A stretch of DNA of 64,000 bases from Eledone cirrhosa (Eukaryota). The position numbers were made by a program, and so were the translations under genes. The DNA is taken from the NCBI GenBank assembly GCA_964016885.1, contig OZ024742.1, positions 55,986,001-56,050,000 of the forward strand, given 5' to 3'. This document shows positions 27,001-38,242 of this stretch, one piece after another. How positions within the stretch are numbered: position 1 is the first letter of the stretch; each line of letters opens with the position of its first letter. Below the pieces are notes generated by a model, which was given only the letters and a program-made list of their open reading frames with translations, ran no database searches and was not told where the DNA came from.

Positions 27001-27513
27001 ACGTCTGAGCAGGTTGGTGAGACTCTTGCACCCTCCATCCCTATCCACTAATCCCACACAATCCCAGCGTTCATCTAAGATCCCGTTCCAGTCGCCCACT
27101 AACACTAAAGAGCGGGACGTTCCAAGAAAGGTCTCCAGACGCCAGAAGAAATCAGGCCGCCCTGCTCCTGTCGGGGCATAGACGGCCACTAACCTGAAAG
27201 CTTGCCCGTCTCCGCTGGTCACGTCCAGCATCACCAACTTACTTTCTGGGTCCAGGAAGATGGCCCGTATGGCAAGATCCAAACCTCTCCGAAAAAGCAC
27301 AGCAACTCCACCCCCCGATCCCGGACGGCTGGGAGATGCGTACACATCGTAGCCGCCGAAGATCGGTGCGAAAGCCTGTGCTTCGGAGATTCTGGTCTCG
27401 CTGATGGCCACTACATCTATGTTTAGTGACCTGAGGTCGTTGAGCAGGTGGCCCTGCTTCCATGACGACCCCAAGCCACGCGCATTTATGCTGCCTATTC
27501 TGAGTGAGGTCAT
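24094..27513 (-). pseudogene. Tx1 ORF2 (APE endonuclease, RT, CCHC), a few frameshifts
   Basis: SINARGL, ISETR, GDWN, YLDR, TDH, KSPGLDG, FRPITLLN, LDQSKAFDRV, VRQG, AYADD, CPRC..ETVLHALVQC. Confidence 0.95.
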
Positions 27514-27547
27514 GTTGAAAAGGTGTGGAAAAGATGGGAAAGACCAC

Positions 27548-29535
27548 TTACCTTACTTCTCGTAGGGGAAGGACGGTTTTTTCATCCTTTTCACTGCTTG
27601 TGGCCTCCTCAGGAAGGATGTCCTTATAAATCCTCCTGGAGAGTGCTTGTCGGAAGTCTCCGATGTCTTTGGGGAATTTTTGTTTTAGTGTCATGTACGT
27701 TTTCTGTGTGATGCGAGTGATTTGTATGTGTGGAGGTGGTGTGAATTTTGGGGTTGTTGTGTAGTATTTTTCTGTGATGCTGGTGTTGTGTTGGATGTAG
27801 TGTAATAATTGATTGTTGTTCAAATTTAATGCTGTGTAGTGTGTATCGTTTTGGTTGTTTTGTTTTGTTTGCGTTTGTTGTGGGTTTGTTTCTGTTTCTC
27901 ATGTTGGTGACTTTTGTGGTGTAAGTTATGGTGGTGTTGGGGTTAATGATGGTGATGGTGTTGGTGTTTGGGTTGATGGGGTTGGTGATGCTGGTGTGGA
28001 TGGTGGCATATCTGTCCTAACTTTTTTGTTTCTTAATTTATTTGTTTCCCTCTGTATTTTGCTTTTGGAGGGGAAAGGAAGAGAATTTTTTTTTTTTTGG
28101 TTTCTTTTTTTTTTCCGGATATCGTTTCCCACTCCTCGTCGTCACAATCCCTCTCCAGTTGTGATAGGCCGGGGAGTGGAAAATCCTCCACAGCCGTTAG
28201 TTTTGGTTGTGGCGTGGTGGATGGTGTAGGCGCTGGTGCTAGTTCTGAAGCGTTGGGTGGTGGTGGTGTTGGTTTTGCTGGTGGTGGTGGTGGTGTTGGT
28301 TTTGCTACTGTTGCTGGGGTTGTTGCTGTTATAGTTGCTTCTGTTGTTGCTGCTACAGTTGTTGCTGCCATCTCTGCTTGGTGGTGTTGATGGTTGTGTC
28401 ACTGGCGTGGGTAGGAGAGGTGGCCTCAACCTTTAAGCCTGAGGGCAGAAAGCCCTTAGGTGGGTTCCTTCACCACAAACGACACACCTAAGTCTTCTTC
28501 CCTCGACAATTACCGTGAGGTGGCTGCCGTCAGTGAGGTCTATTACCTCTGGGATCTCCTTAATGCTTTTTTGGTCCGCTTGGATCAGGAGCTCCATCCC
28601 AGATCCAGACCAGTTCTCCTGCTTTTCTTTTGCTATTGCTATTATTTTCGTGTTGGCTTCGATGCCGGCGAGGACGGCCGCTATTAGCCAGGGAATTTCG
28701 ATGGCCGGTGGAACGTGGGTCACCCTGATGTTTACGAGTCTCTGGCCACAATAGCTTGGGACGAGTGTGAAGTCGTCACTTCTTAATGGGGCCATGGAGT
28801 GTTCTCTGGCCTCCTCTGGTGTTTCAAAGAACATGTCCACAGTTCCATACTTTTGCCCACGTCTGATGTGGGTTTTTCTTGCCCACACATGTCCCAAAGC
28901 TTTTGGGATTTGGGACTCGGATGCCCGTTCCACTCGGCGCGATTTTACATTTATTGTTCTATACGACACGGTGCATAGGCGCCGATGCTCCATTTTATTA
29001 GGTGGGGGGTGAGGCTGACCCTGTACCCATCTTTCTTTACCATTTGTTTGGCATTTTCTAAATCCTCCTGAGTTACCGTAAATGCTTCGAACTGTTTTGC
29101 TACTCTGGCGAAACTGAGGGTCGGTTTTATAATGTCATTGTTGTTGTTGTTGCTATCGTTATTTGTGTTAATATTAATTTTAGATTCAGTTGTGGTGGTG
29201 GTGACGTCAGTCGTCTTTGGTGGGGAAGAGTCCATTTTGCTTGATTTCATTTCGACATCACGAGTTAATTTATTTTTTTCTTCTTTTGTTTCTGTTGTCG
29301 CGGTGGTGGTGGGGTGGTGGTTGTCGCGGTCGTGGTGGTGGTGGAGGCTTTAACACCTGCAGTCATTGGTAATGGCGGGAAATGAATGTCTGCCTGAGAC
29401 AAATTTAAAATATTGCTACTGCTTATATTTTTTTGTGTTGGCAAACGTAGTAACATTTACAATGGTGGTGTCGGTGTGAGGTGTTAATTTGTGAGGAAGG
29501 CTTTCAGCTGCTTGTTGCAGAGGTGAATTAGCCAT
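27548..29535 (-). pseudogene. Tx1 ORF1 region (gag-like, one CCHC knuckle), frameshifted
   Basis: Core 28433-28993 ends CVVCGEGTHLRAFC (Cx2Cx4Hx4C); Thr/Asn/Pro-rich flanks; conserved terminal block 27548-27823. Confidence 0.8.
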
Positions 29536-30016
29536 TTTTTTTCAAAGAAATTTTTTGATAATAATAAAAGTTAAAATTTTGGGCACAAGGCCCCAATCTT
29601 TTTGGGTGTCCTTTTCGGAAAACAATGTATGTGCGCTTATAAACAGTTAACAATAAAATTTTCCATAAATGACAATTTTTAACAAACGGAAATAACAAAC
29701 CTTTGCGGAGCTCACGATGATACGATTTACTACGTAGGTCGCCAATAATAATAATGATAAAAATAATAATGTTTTCTTTATTAACCACAAGGGTTTACAT
29801 AAAGTAGACATTAAGGACAGTACAGGACAATACAGAACGGTACAAATGGGCATTTCTGCGTGTAAAAAAAACAGGGTATGTAATAAAAAATAACAATGAA
29901 AAATTCCCCAATAGGGGGGAGACTTCCGAGGGACATTTGTGGAGAAAGCCCATTAAAAGGCCAAAGTGACGCTGGCCACCAGGGCAAGTGCCCTATCCCA
30001 GATTTCCACCTTTAAT

Positions 30017-33000
30017 TTACAGACACATACTGAGAGTAGGCCCATTCACTCGGGCCTTACTTGCTTCTCTCACCCATCTTTCAACAAAATGCTGGGAAGA
30101 GAGCACTTCCCTCTCTACCCTGATTTTCCTTTTCAAATGAAATTTGAAAAAGTTAATCAGGGCATCACCGAAGAGGTAAGTGCTCGTCTTCAGCCCTTTC
30201 AGACGTGTCCACCATACTATCTCTTTCGCCATGGCCACCAGACAGATAAAAACTTCCTTCCCGGCTAAACGAAGAGGGCGGGGCAATCCTCACGATGGAC
30301 CCAGCTGATAGCTGGATCCGTCCTACACGTGACAGCAGGTGTTCGACATAAACCCACAAGTTAGCAATGCTCGGACACTGAACGAGTGCGTGCAGGATGG
30401 TTTCGTCGCTCTGCGCGCATCTCGGACATGTCCGTGGAGTTTATCCCGAACTGGAAAAGCTCCTTGGTAGCACTGCCAGGCCAGGGATTTCTGGAAGTTG
30501 TCCATAGGCCTCGGCCCGAAAGTCCTTCCGAAGAGATTGGCTAGTTGACTTTCGTCGACGCCTAGAGTTTCTCCAAGTACGTCTTCGCTCTTCCACGCCA
30601 CTAATCCTCTATAGAACGCCAAGGTGGAGTTTCCAACGATCAGATTGCCAAATTGGTCGAGGGCTGTGAGCGCCTGAGGACATTTCAGTCTCCAAGCGCT
30701 CCCTCTCGGTCTTCGCTTGACCAGGACTGCAGCTCCGTCAAGGAGAACAGCTGGGGAAAGACGTGTCTAGCAAACGGCGACAACACCTGATCACCGTCGA
30801 GGAAGAGGTGGAGATGTCGTAGCTTGAGCGCGTGTCTGCGCATCATCAGCCGAGGCATGCCCAGCCCTCCACGTAGCGGGTGTTGACAGCAGATGGACCG
30901 CACGACCATCGGAGCGCGTCCCTTCCACAAAATGCGAAAGAGCAAACGCTCCAGCGCAGTCAGGCGGGGCTTAGAAGAAGGTACGACGGTCAGGCAGTAG
31001 TAGATGACGGACGCGATGTACGCGTTAGCCACCTCCGCTGCAGGCCCACTGACTTTTAAAAGTTGATCATTGCTCCTGTCACCGCTTCGTATTCTCTTAG
31101 TGTAGTGCCGATCGCCTCGATGTGTTTGGCGTTCGACACCACTACGGTGACATCGTCCGCATATACTGACACGAATCTTCCGCATCCTAGTTCGCGCGGA
31201 ACCCCCCTCAACGTCTCCAGTTTGTGCAGTAATGGCTTGAGAGTCAATACGTACAATGGGACGAGATAGGACATCCTTGGCGGACCAAGCGCATGATGTT
31301 GAACGGTTCCGAAAGGTTACCGTTCACTCTCACCACAGAGCAGATGTCGCTGTGCATGGCAGCGATCCAGCCTCTGAAGACGGGCCCAAAGCCAGCCGCC
31401 CTCAGGACTGCTGCTAGGTAACGATGGTCGACCCTATCGAAAGCTTTCGATTGACCTAAATTGATCAAGGACCCACCCGTGCCAGGTTCCCTAGCTACCC
31501 TCTCTACGATGTATCGCATGAGGTGGAGGTTGTCGTGGATGGATCTGTCGGGAATGGCGCATGTCTGCGCCTCTCCCACCAGACCACCAACGACAAGCGC
31601 CAACCTCTTTGCTAGCACCTTGGCCAAAATCTTGAACTCTGTGTTTAGCAGAGTTATGGGCCTGAAATTATCTATGTTATCCCCCTTGTTCGGATCCTTT
31701 CTCAGCAGCGTCACAGCTCCTCGCCTCACAGAGCTGGGAATTCTCCCGTTCTGTTGCCAGTTGCAGTAGACGTCCGCCAAGAGGACGACGAACAAGTCTG
31801 GTATCTGTACGTAAAGTTCATAGGTCAGACCATCCAAACCAGGCGATTTACCCCTTGTGCAGCCAGTCATTGCCTCCCGTACTTCAGCGGCTGTTATCGG
31901 CTTTTCGCAACACTCCGCCTCAGTGGCCGAGAGCCGCGGTTGTCCGTCGAGGTAGACACTAAAGTCCATCCCTCGATCCGGCTCGCCGCTGCCCCCGAAC
32001 AGCTGTGCGAAGTGTTGCTGAAAAGCTGCACACATTTGCCCGGGATCGAGTAGCATGCGCCTGTCGTGGTCCACCAAAGACCGGATCCTGGCTTTGTTGC
32101 CACGACGCGCCTCCGCCACTCGGGCCCATTGAACGGCTTTCGTCCCCTCGTGTCTGAGAGCACGCACTCTAGCTCTGACAACGCAGCCTTCGTGCTTTGC
32201 ACTGAAGAATTGGTCAAGGGCCAATTTCGCCGCAAGTACGTCGGTAGCGATGCCTTTGCTAAGCGCCTTGTCTAATTTTCTAACTAATTCTCCCTCTGCT
32301 CTATTTTTCTCTTTTGCTAAAGCCTTACTAAACCTAATGGACTCTATTCTAATTGCTCTTTTCAGAGCAAACCACAACTTGTTGTTGATGATGGCCCCCG
32401 TCAACGCCCGCTTAACTAGTTCGCTAATCCGGTCTTTGTAGGCCTTGCGCGCTGGTAAGGACGCGTTTAGCTTCCAGTAGCCGGGTCCTCGTCTATGAAG
32501 CCTATCTAAGTCAAGCACACAGATCACGAATTTGTGGTCCGAGTAGCTGACTATCTTGAATTGTGGACAGCCTATGCTAGACCTATCTATTTCCCTACAA
32601 AATACTCTATCTAGATATGATCTGGATGACCTTATGCGATTTGTCCAAGTCCACATTGGCACATTCGGGAAATCCAATCGGTACCTCTCAGACAGTTCAA
32701 AACGCCTGAGCAGGTTGGTGAGACTCTTGCCCGCTCCTCCCCTATCCGCTAATCCCACACAGTCCCAGCGTGCATCTAAGATCCCGTTCCAGTCGCCCAC
32801 TAACATTAAAGAGCGGGACGTTCCAAGAAAGGTCTCCAGACGCCAGAAGAAATCAGGCCGCCCTGCTCCTGTCGGGGCATAGACGGCCACTAGCCTGACA
32901 GCTTGCCCGTCTCCGCTGGTCACGTCCAGCACCACCAACTTACTTTCTGGGTCCAGGAAGATGGCCCGTATGGCAAGATCCAAACCTCTCCAAAAAAGCA

Positions 33001-33213
33001 CAGCAACTCCTCCCCCGATCCCGGACGGCTGGAAGATACGTACACATCGTAGCCGCCGAAGATCGGTGCGAAAGCCCGTGCTTCGGAGATTCTGGTCTCG
33101 CTGATGGCCACTACATCTATGTTTAGTGATCTGAGATCGTTGAACAGGTGGCTCTGCTTCCATGACGACCCCAAGCCACGCGCATTTATGCTGCCTATTC
33201 TGAGTGAGGTCAT
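30017..33213 (-). pseudogene. Tx1 ORF2 copy B, disrupted
   Basis: ORFs 32920-33213, 31244-33247, 31056-31274 (VYADD), 30685-31185 and 30017-30286. Confidence 0.93.
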
Positions 33214-33247
33214 GTTGAAATGGAGTGGGAAAGATGGGAAAGACCAC

Positions 33248-35416
33248 TTACCTTACTTCTCGTAGAGGAAGGACCGTTTCTCCATCCTTATCACTGCTTG
33301 TGGCCTCCTCAGGAAGGATGTCCTTATACATTCTCCCGGAGAGTGCTTGTCGGAAGTCTCCGATGTCTTTGGGGAATTTTTGTTTTAGTGTTTTGTACGT
33401 TTTCTGTGTGATGCGAGTGATTTGTATGTGTGGAGGGGTGTGAAATTTTGGGTTGTTGTGTAGTCTTTTTCTGTGATGCTGGTGTTGTGTTGGATGTAGT
33501 GTAATAATTGATTGTTGTTCAAATTTAATTGTTTCTACTTTTGGCACAAGGCCAGCAATTATTCCAGTGCATTACTGGTACTTTATTTTATCGACCCCGT
33601 AAGGATGAAAGGCAAAGTTAACCTCGGCGGGATTTGAACTCATAACATAAAGGGAGGTAACTCTATGCTTCAAAGCATGGCGTCCGACCCTTACCGATAC
33701 TGCCAATCCCAAATTTAATGCTGTAGTGTGTATCGTTTTGGTTGTTTTGTTTTGTTTGTGTTTGTTGTGGGTTTGTTTCTGTTTCGCATATTGGTGACCT
33801 TTGTGGTGTAGGTGATGGTGGTGTTGGGGTTAATGATGGTGATGGTGTTGGTGTGTGGGTGATGGGGTTGGTGATGCTGGTGTGGATGGAGGCATATCTG
33901 TCCTAACTTTTTTGTTTGATAGTTTATTTGTTTCCCTGTATTTTGTTTTTGGAGGGGGAAGAAAGAGAATTATTTTCTTTTTTGGTTTCTTTTTTTCCTG
34001 ATACCGTTTCCCACTCCTCGTCGTCACAATCTGTCTCCAGTTGTGATAGGCCGGGGAGTGGAAAATCCTCCACAGACGTTAGATTTGGTTGTGGCGTGGT
34101 GGATGGTGTAGGCGTTGGTGCTAGTTCTGGCGCGTTGGGTGGTGGTGGTGTTGGTTTTGCTACTGTTGCTGGGGTTGTTGCTGTTATAGTTGCTTCTGTT
34201 GTTGCTGCTACAGTTGTTGCTGCCATCTCTGCTTGCTGCTGGTGATGTTGATGTTTGAGTCACCGGGGTGGGTAGGAAAGGTGGCCTCAACCTTTTAGCC
34301 TGAGGGCAGAAAGCCCTTAGGTGGGTTCCTTCACCACAAACGACACACCTATGCCTTCTGCCCTCGACAATTACGGTGAGGTGGCTGCCGTCAGTGAGGT
34401 GTATTACCTCTGGGATCTCCTCAATGCTTTTTTGGTCCGCTTGGATCAGGAGCTCCATCCCAGATCCAGACCAGTTCTCCTGCTTTTCTTTCGCTATTTC
34501 GATTATCTTGGTGTTGGCTTCGATGCCGGCGAGGATGGCCGCTATTAGCCAGGGAATTTCGATGGCCGGTGGAACGTGGGTGACCCTGATCTTTACGAGT
34601 CTCTGGCCACAATAGCTTGGGACAAGTGTGAAGTCGTCACTTCTTAATGGGGCCATGGAGTGTTCTCTAGCCTCCTCTGGTGTTTCAAAGAACACGTCCA
34701 CGGTTCCATACTTCGGTCCACGTCTGATGTGTGTTTTTTTGGCCCACACATGTCCCAAAGCTTTTGGGATTTGGGACTCGGATGCCCGTTCCAGTGGGCG
34801 CGATTTTATATTAAGTGTTCGATAAGACACGGTGCATAGGCGCCGATGGTCCATTTTATTAGGTGTGTGTTTGGGGGGTGGGGGATCTGAGGCTGACCCT
34901 GTACCCATCTTTCTTTACTATTTTTTTGGCTTCTTCTAATTCCTCCTGAGTTACCTGAAATGCTTCGCACTGTTTTGCTACTCTGGCAAAACTCAGGGTG
35001 GTTTTCTTAATGTCATCGTTGTTGTTGTTGTTATCGTTATTTTTGTTATTATTAATTTTAGTTTCAGTTGTGGTGGTGATGGCGTCAGTGGTGTTCGGTG
35101 TTCATTTTGTTTGAATTCATTTCGATATCACGAGTTAATTTATTTTTTTCTTTTGTTTCTGTTGTCGCGGTGGTGGTGGGGGGATGCTTTTCGCGGTGGT
35201 GGTGGGGTTGGGGGTTGTCGCGGTGGTGGTGGTGGTTGTGGCGGCTTTAACACCTGCAGTCATTGGTAATGGCGGGAAATGAATGTCTGCCTGAGACAAA
35301 TTTAAAATATTGCTACTGCTTATATTTTTATTGTTGGCAAACGTAGTAATATTTACAATGGTCGTGTCGGTGTGATGTGTTAGTTTGTGAGAAAGGAGTG
35401 ACTCTGAGTCAGCCAT
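33248..35416 (-). pseudogene. Tx1 ORF1 region copy B, disrupted
   Basis: MADSES start at 35416; core 34024-34908 with CVVCGEGTHLRAFC. Confidence 0.8.
33530..33709 (-). mobile_element. tRNA-derived SINE inserted in Tx1 copy B, 10-bp TSD
   Basis: CAAATTTAAT at 33520-33529 and 33710-33719; single empty site in copy A at 27821-27830. Confidence 0.93.
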
Positions 35417-35629
35417 GATTTTTCTAAGAAAAAGTTTTGTTTGATAATTATAAAAGTTTAAATTTTGGGCTCAAGTCCCCAATCTTTTTGGGTGTATTTT
35501 CAGATAACAATGTATGTCCACTTATATACAGTTAACAATAAACATTTTCCATGAATGGCCATTTTAAACAACTGAAAATAACAAACTTTTGCGGAGCTCA
35601 CGATGATACGATTTACTACGTAGGTCTCC

Positions 35630-35692
<63 letters not shown>
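35630..35692. repeat. (AAT)n microsatellite between Tx1 B and an R4 fragment
   Basis: Direct reading. Confidence 0.95.
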
Positions 35693-35693
<1 letters not shown>

Positions 35694-35889
35694 TGGGAGC
35701 ATGATGCTGAACATGATAGTCAGGCAGTGTAGATTGCGACAGTACAAAAGTAGATTAGTGAACAAGCACACCAACAAACTGATTTGAGTATCACAGTTGA
35801 AACTCTTAAAAGGCAGGCAAAAAACTAACCAACTGGAAATCACCAGGCCTAGATGGTGTGCAGGGGTATTGGATTAAAAATCTAACATC

Positions 35890-36745
35890 TTAAATATAAG
35901 TATGTATACGTACATACATATATGTATACAGACGTACAGTAGTATGTATATACATACATACATGCAAACATATATATATATGTACGTATGGGTTAACCGA
36001 ACATTTATTATAATGCTCGGTTTGTTTGTAAACAAACAACCCGAATTATTTGCCGTATAGTGTTCGGCAACCATCGTTGCCATTTTGTTCAACACTGACA
36101 AAGGAATGATGAACTAGTTTCTAGCTTATTAGCTGTCATCAGCACCGTATACCTTCCTGTCAGTTGATTGAACGTTTGAAAGTATATACTTTCCTTATGC
36201 ATATTAAAGGTTGAACAGCCTAATTTGCATATCGAGTGAGTTAGTCGGCTGGGCGTACCGAAAATGATAAATGGAAAAAATGAAATTTCATTTCTCACTC
36301 TTGGTGCGGCTGATACTTAAATATAAGTATGTATACGTACATACATATATGTATACAGACGTACAGTAGTATGTATATACATACATACATGCACACATAT
36401 ATGTACGTATGGGTTAACCGAATATTTATTATAATGCTCGGTGATGACAGCTAATAAGCTAGAAACTAGTTCATCGTTCCTTTGTCAGTGTTGAACAAAA
36501 TGACAACGATGGTTGCCGAACACTGTACGGCAAATAATTCAGGTTGTTTGTTTAGAAACAGACCGAGCATTTTAATAATTGTTCGGTTAACCTATACGTA
36601 CTTACATATATATATATGTGTGCATGTATGTATGTATATACATACTACTGTACGTCTGTATACATATATTTATGTACTTATACATACTTATTATTAAGTA
36701 TCAGCTGTACTAAGAGTGAGAAATGAAATTTCATTTTTTCCAATA
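35890..36745. mobile_element. Insertion of the 422-bp-family element (1.3 units plus an inverted partial unit), 7-bp TSD
   Basis: TAACATC at 35883-35889 and 36746-36752; CTTAAATATAAG recurs ~427 bp apart; 36442-36742 is inverted. Confidence 0.88.
36106..36148 (-). ncRNA. Minimal type I hammerhead, diverged relative of the array HHR
   Basis: ACGGTG-CTGATGA-C AGCT AATA AGCT A-GAAAC-TA-GTT-CATCAT. Confidence 0.72.
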
Positions 36746-38242
36746 TAACATCCCTCCACCCGAAATTGACAACCATGTTCAATGACTGCTTGATGTCGGG
36801 TGAGGTACCAGAGTGGTTGACAAAAGGTACCACAGTTCTGGTAATGAAAGACCGAATCAAGGGTAATGATGTTACCAACTATAGACCTATCACATGTCTG
36901 TCCGTAATGTGGAAACTGTTAACAAGCATTGTGTCTGAGGAAATCTACCATCACCTCCACATAAACAATTTGTTACCAGACGAACAGAAAGGATGCCGAA
37001 AGAAGTCCCGTGGTACAAAAGACCAGTTACTTATTGATAAGATGGTAATGAGGAATTGCAAGAGGAGACACACTGGTCTTGCCATGGGATGGATAGATTA
37101 AAAAAAGGCATTCGATATGGTACCTCATTCTTAGATAACCAAAAGCCTAGAGATCTTCAAGGTGGCAGATAACATCAGACAGTTGCGAGCAAAAGTATGA
37201 AGTCCTGGGAAACAGAGTTAACATCAGCTGGAGAATCCTTGGGAGGCGTGAAGATCAAGAGAGATGTCTTGCGGGGAAATAGTTTGTCCCCTCTGCTGTT
37301 TGTCCTTGCCCTGATACCCCTGGCCATTATATTGCGAAAAGTGAGAGCAGGATACAATTTCGGAAAAGGAGAGCTTACCATCAACATCCTTTCATGGACG
37401 ATCTTAAACTCTTTGGGAAGAGTGAGAAGGAATTGGATGTACTTGTTGCCACTCTCCGTATTTTCAGCAATGATATATGTATGTAATTTGGTATTAATAA
37501 GTGTGGAGTCCTATTGATGAAGAGGGGTTAAATTGAGCAGAAGCAACGGAATCCAGGTACCAACAGGTGAGATGATAAAGGAAATTGACACTGAAGAAGG
37601 ATACAAGTATTTGGGTGTTCTGGAGGCAGATGACATCAAGAACAAAAAATGAAGGAATTGATAAGCTCTGAGTACATTAGGAGAGTAAGGAGCATATTAA
37701 AATAACATCTAAATAGTAGGAATGTCATAAGTGCAGTGAATTCCCGAGCTGTGTCTGTTATTAGGTAGAGTGCGGGAATTCTTAAATGGAATGTAGCTGA
37801 ATAAAAAGAAATGGATAGGAAGACTAGGAAGTTATTGACTATCTACAACATGAACCGCAAGAGGAGTGATGTCAATTGACTCTACTTAAAGAGATCTGAT
37901 GGTGGAAGAGGTCTTATCAGCTTAGAGGACTGTGTTCAGATGGAGAAAAACAACTTGCACAAATACGTGACTGACAGTAGGGAGCCAATGCTCAAATCTG
38001 TACTGACGGAGAAGACAATAGAGCAGAGGATGTCCAAGGAGGAAATAACAACAAGGATGAAGAGCAACCTTCATGAAAAATCCCTCCATATTACCTTCTT
38101 TAAGAAAACTGAATTTAGAGATCCACAGACATGGAACTGGTTAAAAAGAGGAGACCTTAAAAAGGCTACAGAAGGAATGCTAATGGCTGCGCAAGAGCAA
38201 GCCCTCAGAACGAAGTGGGTGAAACACCATATTTAACAGCTT

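Larger units (their letters stand above)
23848..29743 (-). mobile_element. L1/Tx1-clade non-LTR retrotransposon copy A, full length
   Basis: ORF1 plus APE-RT-CCHC ORF2; both ends match those of copy B and both abut AAT repeats. Confidence 0.95.
29771..35629 (-). mobile_element. L1/Tx1-clade copy B, head-to-tail with copy A
   Basis: Closely similar to A; internal deletion near 31040; SINE insertion at 33530. Confidence 0.95.
35694..38233 (+). mobile_element. R4/Dong-like RT fragment, truncated at both ends and interrupted at 35890-36745
   Basis: NWKSPGLDGVQGYWIKNLTS|LHPKL, YRPITCLS, EQKGC, WID*KKAFD, LSPLLF, FMDDLK, AAQEQALRT. Confidence 0.9.
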
